A stretch of DNA of 64,000 nucleotides. Source: an uncultured Verrucomicrobiae bacterium (GTDB lineage: Bacteria; Verrucomicrobiota; Verrucomicrobiia; Chthoniobacterales; SZAS-18). Shown here in pieces: positions 32,274-41,676 of this stretch. Numbering within the stretch: position 1 is the first letter of the stretch; each line of letters begins with the position of its first letter. A model generated the notes under the pieces. That model worked only from the letters and a program-made list of their open reading frames with translations, made no database searches and was not told the origin of the DNA. The stretch covers positions 62,635 to 126,634 of the forward strand of contig CAWERT010000014.1 in NCBI GenBank assembly GCA_963811545.1, read 5' to 3'. The position numbers were made by a program, and so were the translations under genes.

Positions 32274-33503
32274 TCAGATCGCATCCCAGTCGATCGGCTT
32301 GGTGATGTCGATGCGCGGAAGTTTCTCCTCGACGGCCTCGGGATATTTCTGGGCGGCGCCGGTGTTGAAGATGACGATCCGTTCGTCGGGCCGGATCGCG
32401 CCGCGCGCGAGCAGGACTTCCAGCGCGCCCAGGCAAACCGCCGTTTCGGGACAGAGCGAAATGCCCTCGCGCGACGTCGCCAGTTGCATCCACTTGGGAA
32501 TGTCGGCCTCCGGCGTGGCGAGGGCGACGCCGCCGCTCTCGCGCACGGCGTCGAGGATCATGAAGTCGCCCACCGCCGCCGGCACGCGGATGCCGCTGGC
32601 GATGGTCGCGGCGTTTTCAAACTTCGTGGCGAAGCGCTCGCCGCGCTCGAAGGCCGCCGCGATCGGCGCGCAGCCGGTGCTCTGGCAGGAAATCATGCGC
32701 GGTCGCTTCGTCGAGCGCAGCCAGCCGATCGCCGCCAGCTCGGCGAACGCCTTCCACATGCCGATCAAGCCGGTGCCGCCGCCGGTCGGATAGAGGATCA
32801 CGTCGGGCAGCTCCCAGTCGAATTGCTCGGCCAGCTCGAGGCCCATCGTCTTCTTGCCCTCGATGCGATACGGCTCCTTCAGCGTGGAGAGGTCGAACCA
32901 GCCCTTGCGCGTGCGGCCCTCGCCGACGATCCGGCCGCAGTCGGTGATGAGGCCGTTGACGAGGAAAGTCTTCGCGCCGGCGAGGAAGCACTCCTTGCGG
33001 TTGATGCTCGGCGTGTCGTCGGGCATGAAGACATAGGCCTCCATGCCCGGCGCGCGCGGCATAGGCGGCCATGGCGCCGCCGGCGTTGCCCGCGGTGGGC
33101 ACGGCCACGCGCTGAGATGCCGAATTCATGCGCCTTGGAGATGGCGAGCGCCATGCCGCGCGCCTTGAAACTGCCGGTCGGCAGCCGGCTCTCGTCCTTC
33201 ACCGCGAGATGGCGCACGCCAAAATGCGCCGCCAGGCGCGGCGCCTCGAGCAGCGGCGTCATCGTCTCGCCGAGCGAAACGATGTTGGCGTCGTCGCGCA
33301 TCGGCAGCAGCTCCGCGTAGCGCCAAAGCGTGGCCGGTCGATCCGCGCAGCGCCTCGCGCGGAAAATGCGCCTTCACCACCTCGAGATCGTATTTCACCC
33401 AAAGCGGCCGCTGGCAGGCGGGGCAGAGATTGTGGATCTCGCCCGCGGCGTAGTGCACGCCGCAGAGCGCGCATTCCAGATGGGTGACGAATGGCTTCAT
33501 CAT
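32274..33503 (-). pseudogene. thrC: threonine synthase, about 3 frameshifts
   Basis: N-terminal zinc-ribbon-type MKPFVTHLECALCGVHYAAGEIHNLCPACQRPLWVKYDL, PLP lysine context ESRLPTGSFKARGMA, and the long block GGTGLIGMWKAFAEL...STGCAPIAAAF...LCPETAV. Confidence 0.9.
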
Positions 33504-33509
33504 TCTTTC

Positions 33510-33689
33510 TTAACCGCAGATTAACGCAGATTGACGCAGATTATTCTGAAACGATCGGCGCCAAAATACTGCGCCAACTGTACGAGAAAGGCGACGCGAA
33601 GCCCCTCGATCATTCGTGTCAATTCGTGTGGAATTCGTGGTTCTCCCTGCCTTTCAAATCTGCGTTAATCTGCGATAATCTGCGGTTCC
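33510..33689. repeat. aatctgcg-type palindromic element
   Basis: Arms ttaaccgcagattaacgcagattgacgcagatt and aatctgcgttaatctgcgataatctgcggtt, with internal attcgtgtcaattcgtgtggaattcgtggttc. Overlaps the last roughly 24 codons of the next ORF. Confidence 0.8.
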
Positions 33690-34609
33690 TATCCGTCCGA
33701 TTCGCCCAGACCGCCTGCAGGTACTGTTCGCCGGTGAAATCGAGCGGCATCGCGACGTTCTCCAGCCGCCAGGATGAACCGAGGGCCGAGGACAGGATCA
33801 GCCGCAGTTCGCCGCGCGGAAAGCCACGGTGATTCGTCGAGCACAACAGGCTGCCGCCCTCGCCGACCAAGGACGCGGCCAGCGTCGCCAGCCGGTGGTA
33901 GTCCCGATCCACGCGAAAGGTCCCGCCCTCGCCGTCGCGCGAAAAAGTCGGCGGATCCACGATGACCAAATCGAACCGGCGTTTCCGCTTGGCGAGGAGT
34001 CCGAGGCGATCGAAGACATCGCCCGCATGGAACTCGTGCCCGAACAAATCGAGACGATTCGCCCGAAAATTCTCCCTTCCCCATTCCAGATAGCGCTTCG
34101 AAAGATCAACGCTGGTGGTGAGCGCACCGCCCATCGCGGCCGCGACCGAGAAGGCGCAGGTGTAGGAAAACAGATTGAGGACGGTCCGCGCGCCGGCGGT
34201 GGCCTGCACGTGGACCCGGCGCCGATTCTCCCGCTGATCGAGAAATATTCCCTGCGAGTAGCCGGCGGCGAAATCGATGCGATAGGCGATTCCGTATTCC
34301 CGAATTTCGAAGGGAGCGTCCACTCGTCTCGCCGTGCCAAAAGACGGGCCCCTTGCGATCGCTCTTCTCGAGCCGCTTCCAATAGATGGATTGCGGCGCG
34401 GGCCCAACCTCCCGCAGCCAGGCGGGAGGCGATGAGACAAAGCGCTCGTCCGTCTGCACGAGCCAGCGGCCGGCGTAGTCCTCGAGGATGAGGCCGGCGA
34501 ATTCCGGGCCGTCGCCCGCGCCGTCGATCAGGCGCATGGCGTCCGTGCCGTCGTCGGAATGCAAGGCGGCGCGTCGGCGCAGGGCGGCGGAGAAGGCGGG
34601 CGGGACCAC
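33619..34609 (-). CDS. class I SAM-dependent methyltransferase (RlmI/RlmK-like, no PUA domain seen), 1-2 frameshifts
   Basis: DAMRLIDGAGDGPEFAGLILEDYAGRWLVQT, then GIFLDQRENRRRV, VLNLFSYTCAFSVAAAMGGA, DLVIVDPPTFS. Start (GTG about 34609) and stop are uncertain. Confidence 0.65.
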
Positions 34610-34645
34610 GACCCGACACGCACTAACACGAAACTCCGCAAAACG

Positions 34646-34839
34646 TAACCACCAAGAAATCCAAGGACGCCAAGGCGGACAGATCGGGAAACCACAGATT
34701 AACGCAGATTTACGCAGATTTATTGGAAAGCCTGAAAGCGCCGACTTGAGCGGAACGACGCGAATGAAGCGGTCTCCCAAACCCCAGTTTTTTTGCAGTC
34801 AAAAAATAATCTGCGTAAATCTGCGTAAATCTGTGGTTC
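34646..34839. repeat. aatctgcg-type palindromic element
   Basis: Contains ccaccaagaaatccaaggacgccaagg, with arms aaaccacagattaacgcagatttacgcagattt and aatctgcgtaaatctgcgtaaatctgtggtt. Confidence 0.8.
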
Positions 34840-34928
34840 CAAACCTTTCGCGCCCCTGCGGTTCCCGTGCGAGACGAATTGAATGGTGGAAGCGAAGAGG
34901 AACTTTCGTGTAAATTGACCCTCCCCCA

Positions 34929-36903
34929 ATGCCCGCCACCCTCGCCGAACCGATCCGCACCGCCGTGAAGGGCGGACAGTTGCTCGAAGCCAGCGCCCGC
35001 AACCTTGCGCGCCTGCTCGCCGGATCGACCAACCCGCTCTACGCCCGCAGCATCAAGGAGCTGGTCGACGCCGGGGAATGGTCGGAGCTGAATGACCGTT
35101 TTTTCACCACGCTGGCCTTCGGCACGGGGGGATTGCGCGGCCGCACCATCGGCAAAATCGTCACCCAGGCCGAGCAGGGCCGGGGCGGTCCGCTCGGGCG
35201 GCCGGAGTTTCCCTGCGTCGGCACGAACGCGATGAATTATTACAACGTCGCGCGCGCCACGCGCGGCCTGGTGGCCTACCTGCGCAAGTACGCGGCGGAG
35301 CGCGGCCTGCCCGGCAAGCCGAAGCTCGCCATCGCCCACGACCCGCGGCATTTCTCGGCCGAGTTTTGCGCGCTGTCCGCCAGGGTGGCGAGCGAGAATG
35401 GTTGCGATGTGGTGGTCTTCGACGGGCCGCGCTCCACGCCGGAGCTTTCCTTCGCCGTGCGCCACACCGGCGCGACCGCCGGCATCGTCATCACCGCCAG
35501 CCACAACCCGCCGCATGACAACGGCTACAAGGTCTACTTCGCGGATGGCGCGCAGATCATCGAGCCGCACGCGAGCGCGATCATCGCGGAGGTCAACGCG
35601 ATCGAGGACGAGGCCTACCCGCCGCTGCCCGCGGCGGAACAGGGCCGGATCACGACCGTGGGAGACGAAGTCGACGATCCCTATCTCGAGCGGCTGAAAA
35701 CGCTGGTGATCGATCCGGAGATGCTGGCGAGGCAGCGAGCATTCCTTGAAGATCGTTTTCACGCCGATCCACGGGACCGGCGCCGTGATTTCCACCCGGG
35801 CCCTCGATGAATTGAAGGTCCCCTTCCAGGTGGTGCCCGAGCAGGACAATTTCGACGGCCGTTTTCCCACGGTGCAAGTCGCCGAATCCGGAGAACGCCG
35901 AGGCGCTCAGCCTGGGCATCGCGCTGGCGAAGAAGATCGGCGCCGACGTCGTCATCGCCACGGATCCCGGACGCCGATCGCATGGGCGTGGCCTGCCGAA
36001 CGCCCGACGGGGAGATGGAGATCATCACCGGCAACCAGATCGGCTCGCTCCTCGCCTATTACCGCACGAAGTCGCTCTTCGATCGCGGGATCCTGCACGG
36101 ACGAAAACAAAGTCGCGCGCCTGCATCATCAAGACATTCGTCACGACCGACCTGCAGCGGGCCATCGCGCAGCGCTACGGACTGCGCTGCGTGGAGACGC
36201 TGACCGGGATTCAAGTACATCGGCGCAAAGCTGGGCAAGTACGAGGCGGCGCTTGCCGGACGCGGCGCGCGCCGACTACCGCGCGAAGAGCGAGGAGGAA
36301 ACGCGCGCGGCGCGTTTGAAGGGATCGACCTATCTCGTCTTTGGCGGCGAGGAGAGCTATGGCTACACCGGCGCCGACTTCGTGCGCGACAAGGACGCCA
36401 ACGCCGCGACCATCATGTTTGCGGAGGTGTGCGCCTACGCGAAATCGCGCGGGCTGACGGTGGGCGGCCTGCTCGACGAGGTCTACGGGACGTTCGGCTA
36501 CTACGACGAGAAGAACGGCGCGATCCAGATGGAAGGGGCCGACGGGGCCGCCCGCATCCAGCGGTTGCTGGCGTCCTACGAGACCTCGCCGCCCCCGAGG
36601 CTGGGCGGAGATCGCGTGGTCGAGGTTCGGAATTTCGCGCGACAGAAATTTTACGACGTGGAGGGCGACCTGATCCCGCCGGAGAAGATGCTGCTCTTCG
36701 AGCTGGAGAGCGGCGGCCGCGTGGCCGTGCGCGGATCGGGCACGGAACCGAAGATCAAATACTACCTGTTTGCGCGGCGCGCGCCGGCGGCCGGCGAGAC
36801 GTTCAGCCCCGCGCAACTGGCGCCGATCAAAACCGAGGTGAAGCAGCGGCTCGAGGCGGCCTGGGCTTGGCTGCAGGCGGACGCGGACGCGCGGCTGAAG
36901 TAG
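34929..36903 (+). pseudogene. phosphoglucomutase/phosphomannomutase-family phospho-sugar mutase, at least 5 frameshifts
   Basis: FGTGGLRG, active-site loop GIVITASHNPPHDNGYKVY, KIVFTPIHGTG, then (shifted) metal-loop and sugar-binding pieces, ending GGEESYGY...VRGSGTEPKIKYYLF. Confidence 0.85.
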
Positions 36904-36974
36904 CCATTTCGCGCACAGTCCGGCGGACGGAAAATCGCTTGTCACCGAGCCGGACACTCCGCCATGCTGACGGC

Positions 36975-37530
36975 ATGACTACGACAACCGCAGACACTTC
37001 CGCCGTCGGACAACTAAGGGCAAACTGGGGCTGGCTGCTCGGGCTGGGCATACTCTTTCTCGTGCTCGGCTTCGTCGGCCTGAGCTGCCTGGTGTCGCTC
37101 ACGTTGAGCAGCACGATTGTCTTTGGCATCCTGATCCTGATCGGCGGTGTCGCCCAAATCATGGAGGCCTTCAAGTGCACGGGCTGGAAGAGCGTGCTGT
37201 GGCACGTCATGATTGCCGTGCTCTACATTTTGGCGGCGATTTCCATCCTGATGGATCCGCTGGCGGCATCGATCCTCTGGACCGCCATCATCGCCGGCGC
37301 GCTGATCGTGATCGGAATCTTCCGCATCGCCATTGCGTTGAAGCACCGCGGCTCAGGCAGCTGGGTCGCGCTGATGCTATCCGGCATCATCTCGGTCCTG
37401 CTCGGCGGCATGCTCTTCGCCAAGTGGCCGTACTCGGGCCTCTGGGCCATCGGCCTGTTCGTTGCGGTGGAGCTGATTTCGCAGGGCGATCTCGCTGATC
37501 ACGCTGGCGCTCTCCGCCAAGAACGCCTGA
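36975..37530 (+). CDS. HdeD/DUF308-family membrane protein, one frameshift near 37488
   Basis: Six hydrophobic segments with the repeated pattern GWLLGLGILFLVLGFVGL...GIFRIAIAL...GLWAIGLFVAVELISQG. The shifted frame ends ISLITLALSAKNA*. Confidence 0.7.
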
Positions 37531-37567
37531 GGCCGCGGTCGACCGCGCATCCGGCCGCGGAAACGCG

Positions 37568-39186
37568 TTGATGAAACGACAGTCTCGGACCGCCCGAGCT
37601 GTCGCGGCGAAGCGCTTGCTGGCGTTTCTGCGCGATCCGCGCTCCTACCCGGGGCGGCCGCGCAGCGTCCAGTTGATCCAGACGCACGCCTCGTACCTCG
37701 TGCTGGCGGGCCGGCACGCCTACAAGGTGAAGAAGCCGGTGAATTTCGGCTTCCTCGATTTTTCGACGCTGGCGAAACGGCGCCGAATCTGCGAACGCGA
37801 GGTCGCGCTTAACCGCCGGCTCTGCCCGTCGATCTATCTCGGCGTGCTGCCGATCTCGCTCGACGGAAATCGGCTTCACTTCGGGACCGGCGGACGAGAT
37901 CGTCGAATACGCCGTGAAAATGCGGCGGCTGCCGGAGCGGTATTTCATGCTGCGCCGGTTGGCGCGCGGAGAGAGCGGTCCGCGCGACGTGGACGCGATC
38001 GTCGCCACGCTCAAGCCCTTCTACGAGGCGCACGAACCGACGCCGGAAATCGCCGCGTGGGGCCGCGTCAGCCGGCTGCGCATCAGCACGCGGGAGAATT
38101 TCCGGCAGATGGAGCGACTTCGTCGGCGAGACCCTCTCGCCGCGCCGCCTTCGAGGCCATCCGGACTTACACCAATGACTTCTTCCGGCGGCACGCCACG
38201 CTCTTCGCCGCGCGCATCCGCGAGCGTCGCATTCGCGATTGCCACGGCGACCTGCATCTCGAGCACATCCATCTCGGCCCGGCGGGCGTGACGATTTACG
38301 ACTGCATCGAGTTCAACGATCGCTTCCGCTACATCGACGTCGCGAGCGACGCGGCCTTTCTCGCGATGGATCTGGATTTTCGCGCGCGGCCGGACCTGGC
38401 CCGTCATTTCGCCGCGCGCATGGCGCAGGCGCTGCGCGACCCTGGCATGGACGCGCTGCTCGATTTTTACAAATGCTACCGCGCGTGCGTGCGCGGAAAG
38501 GTCGAGAGCATTGCGGGCGGTGGCAGCCGGCGTCGCGCCGGCAGAGCGCCGTGAAAGCGCGGCGCGCGCCAAGCGGTATTTCCAGCTCGCCCTGCGTTAT
38601 GCGGTCTGCGGCTCAAAGCCGACGGTGCTGATCGTGATGGGCCGCGTGGGCTCGGGAAAAAGCACGCTCGCTCGCGCCGCCGGCGATATTCTGGGCTGGA
38701 AGGTCTTCTCGTCCGACCGCGTGCGCAAGGAACTCGCCGGCGTGCCGCTGCATCGCCGCGGCGGAACGGAGATTCGCCGCCGACTCTATGCGCCCGCCAT
38801 GACCGATCGCACCTACGCCGCGCTCACCCGCGCACGCGCTCGAACACATCCGGGAGCATCGCTGCGTTATTGTCGACGCCACATTCGGGAGCCGCCGGCG
38901 GCGTGATCGCTTCCGCCGGGCGGTCGCGCGCGCGGGCGGCGATTGCCATTTCATCGAGGCGCAGGCCCCGGTGGCGGCGATTCGAAAGCGCCTCGCGGCG
39001 CGCGAGTCGTCGGCTGTGGAAATCTCCGACGCGCGCCTGGATGACTGGCCCGAGCTCGAGCGCGGATACGAGCCGCCGCGGGAAATTCCGGCCCGGCAGT
39101 TCGTCGCGGCGAAGACCAACCGCGCCGCCGGTTCGGTGGTCGCGGCCGTGCTGAAAACACTCGCCGCCCGCCGCGCGGAGTCGTGA
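37568..39186 (+). pseudogene. bifunctional aminoglycoside-phosphotransferase-like kinase / P-loop (AAA/adenylate-kinase-like) protein, at least 5 frameshifts
   Basis: IQTHASYLVLAGRHAYKVKKPVNFGFLDFSTL, catalytic loop IRDCHGDLHLEHIHL, IYDCIEFNDRFRYIDVASDAAFLAMDL, then Walker A VMGRVGSGKSTLA and IVDATF. Confidence 0.75.
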
Positions 39187-39283
39187 GGGTTCCGCAAAAT
39201 CGGGCCAGCGTTTCGCAATCGCCGTGTAGCGCACCCCGAGCACGGGCCTGAGGCTTGGAGCGAAACCCGAACCCATCACGACC

Positions 39284-39568
39284 ATGCTGGCCAAATACAC
39301 CATCGACTACGCGATTCACTTCAAGCATCACGACCAGCCGCATCAGCACTTCACCGACGATCCGGTCGCCTGCGAGGAATTCCTGACCGAATTGCTGGAG
39401 CGCGGCTTCAAGATACGCGCGGTCCTGCACGACGGCGTGGCGCTGGCCCAGCCGGCCTTCGACAAGATGATCCGGACGGCGGCAGGGATCTTAACGACGC
39501 GGCACGTCTGTCATTCGCTGGGCATCGACACGAGCGAGGCGCACCATCGTTTCGGCTCGCCGGCCTAG
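39284..39568 (+). CDS. hypothetical 94-aa protein
   Basis: Intact ORF with protein-like composition (MLAKYTIDYAIHFKHHDQPHQHFTDDPVACEEFLTELLERGFKIRAV...). No family recognised. Confidence 0.5.
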   Translation: MLAKYTIDYAIHFKHHDQPHQHFTDDPVACEEFLTELLERGFKIRAVLHDGVALAQPAFDKMIRTAAGILTTRHVCHSLGIDTSEAHHRFGSPA

Positions 39569-39614
39569 GGCGCTTCCCGCCCGCCGGGAGCATGTCCATT
39601 CCTCAGAAGGGAAG

Positions 39615-39689
39615 TGGAGCGGGTGACGAGACTCGAACTCGCGACGTCTTCCTTGGCAAGGAAGTGCTCTACCACTGAGCTACACCCGC
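39615..39689 (-). tRNA. tRNA-Gly (anticodon GCC)
   Basis: The reverse complement gcgggtgtagctcagtggtagagcacttccttgccaaggaagacgtcgcgagttcgagtctcgtcacccgctcca folds as a canonical cloverleaf, with anticodon loop TTGCCAA and an encoded CCA. Confidence 0.93.
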
Positions 39690-39763
39690 ATAACGAGCCG
39701 GAAGGATAGGTGGGAGGCCCCTCCGCGCAAGCGGATTTTGGGCGCCCTCGGGGGGGGTCTAGG

Positions 39764-39853
39764 ATTCACCACGAAGGACACGAAGGTCACGAAGAAAGGC
39801 ATTTTCAGCCAATCCTCCAACCCTTCGTGAACTTCGTGACGCTTCGTGGTGAA
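39764..39853. repeat. cacgaagg-type palindrome
   Basis: attcaccacgaaggacacgaaggtcacgaaga ... cccttcgtgaacttcgtgacgcttcgtggtgaat. Confidence 0.8.
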
Positions 39854-39908
39854 TATCCCATGCGATCGACGTTGAACCGATCCGCCAGCGGTGTTTCGTG
39901 GGGACGTC

Positions 39909-40704
39909 ATGCCCGATCGCCTGCGCGAAATCCTGGAATCCAAACGCGTCGAAATCGAGGCGCTGCTGCCGCGCGCCGAGACGCTCCGCCGCGAGGCGCC
40001 TGCGGCGCGACGACTTCCGCGGTTTTCGTCGCGCGCTCGAGCCCCGGCCCGACGGCTCGCTCGGCCTGATCGCCGAGATCAAGAAGGCGTCGCCCTCCGC
40101 CGGCGTCATCGCCGCCGATTTTGATCCCGTCGCCATCGCGCGACGCTACGAGAAGGGCGGCGCCGACTGCCTCTCCGTCCTGACCGACGCGCCATTTTTC
40201 CAGGGCCGGCTCGATTACCTCCAGGCCGTGCGCGAGGCCTGCGCGCTGCCGCTCCTGCGCAAGGATTTCATCCTGCACGAGACGCAGATCTACGAGTCGA
40301 TCTGCGCGGGCGCGGACGCGATCCTGCTCATCGTCGCCGCGCTGGAGACGGGCGAGCTGGATCGCCTGCTGCGCCTGGCGCGCGATTTCCAACTCGATGT
40401 GCTCGTGGAGGTGCACACGCTCGCGGAGATGGAGCGCGCGGTGGACAGCGGCGCCGATCTCATCGGCATCAACAACCGCAACCTCAGCAGTTTTGTCGTC
40501 GATCTCGCGGCGACCGACGCGCTGGCCGACGAGGTGCCCGACGAAATCACGCTGGTGAGCGAGAGCGGGCTGCGCACGGCGGAGGACAGCCGGCGCGTGC
40601 AGGAGGCGGGCGCCGACGCGATCCTGGTGGGCGAGACGCTGATGCGCTGCGCGCCGGCCGAGCTCGCCGCGAAGATCCGCGAGCTGGCCCTGCGCGAGGG
40701 TTAG
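39909..40704 (+). CDS. trpC: indole-3-glycerol-phosphate synthase, one frameshift near 40000
   Basis: MPDRLREILESKRVEIE, then LIAEIKKASPSAGVI, LSVLTDAPFFQG, PLLRKDFI, LLIVAAL, LVEVH, IGINNRNL, VSESGL. Confidence 0.92.
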
Positions 40705-40715
40705 CGTGTGTGGCT

Positions 40716-41075
40716 CTCACTCTCGAGCCGTTCTGAGCGCCGGAGGCGCGACCGACGGTAGCCGGTGATGAAAGTCACCGGTCAGATCCCGGAGGAAATC
40801 GGAGCCCCGGCGGGGCGACGGAGGATAGCACGGACGCAGCGCAAACATTCCATCGCCCCTCCGGGGCTCAAAACATACAATCGTGATTCCGGTGGCTTTC
40901 ACCACCGGCTACCATCCGTCGCCCCGCCGGGGCTCGAATTCGCTCCTCAATTTAATGGGATGACCTTCACCACCGCCAGCCGTCTGTCGGGTCTCAGGCG
41001 CTGTCACATTTGTGTGTGAGTTTCGAGATTGGAAATTTCTTCGAGTTTCGAATTTACTTCGAGTTTCGAACTTCT
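40716..41075. repeat. nested inverted repeats (caccggctacc..gtcgc(c/g)cc..ccgg(g/c)gctc type) plus cgagtttcgaa tandem units
   Basis: Copies in opposite orientation at about 40737-40785 and about 40887-40935, with partial copies between them. 41017-41075 holds ttcgagtttcgaa repeats that overlap the 3' end of the next gene. Confidence 0.7.
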
Positions 41076-41584
41076 CCTTTTCCGTCTTTCAATTCCTGCC
41101 GGCGCATGGGCATGGCGTCGATGAGGGCGAAGAGTGGACCGGCTTGAAAGGGCTGGGCGCTCGCGCTCTTCACCTCGCCGTCCTGGCCCACGAGAACGGC
41201 GAGAAATTGTCCCTCGGGTACGTGATAATCGGCGCGGACCTTGGCGAGGTCGCCAATCGCCCGCGCCACCGTCAAGGCCTGCGGCCAGGTTTCGCGGGAG
41301 TCGGAAACCACCACCACCATCACTTTCCGCTCGACGAGTCCCGCCACGGTGGCGGGATCGCTGAAAAAGGTCCGCTGCGCATTCCACTTCATCCCCTGGA
41401 TGCCCTGGGCCTTCCCGGCGGGACCGAAGAGGATGACGACGCGCGCCTCGTTGCGCAGGCCATGCAGGTTGGGCGCGGGCGCGTCCTGCAGAGCGAAATT
41501 TGGGGCGGGTTGATCCACGGGCGGGGCGGCCATGGCCTGCGCTGTGATGAGGCCGGCCAGCAGCACGAGGCGAAATCGGCGCAT
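41054..41584 (-). CDS. DUF4174 domain-containing secreted protein
   Basis: Signal peptide MRRFRLVLLAGLITAQAMA. FLAVLVGQDGEVKSASAQPFQAGPLFALIDAMPMRRQE matches the DUF4174 C-terminal signature. Confidence 0.7.
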   Translation of the reverse strand: MRRFRLVLLAGLITAQAMAAPPVDQPAPNFALQDAPAPNLHGLRNEARVVILFGPAGKAQGIQGMKWNAQRTFFSDPATVAGLVERKVMVVVVSDSRETWPQALTVARAIGDLAKVRADYHVPEGQFLAVLVGQDGEVKSASAQPFQAGPLFALIDAMPMRRQELKDGKGEVRNSK

Positions 41585-41676
41585 GACGAAGCGTAGCTGC
41601 CCGGATGCGTTCTGGCTAGACGGTGCCACAGTTGACCCTTTGACTGATTTCGCGAGATTCCCGGCCCGTTTTCATC

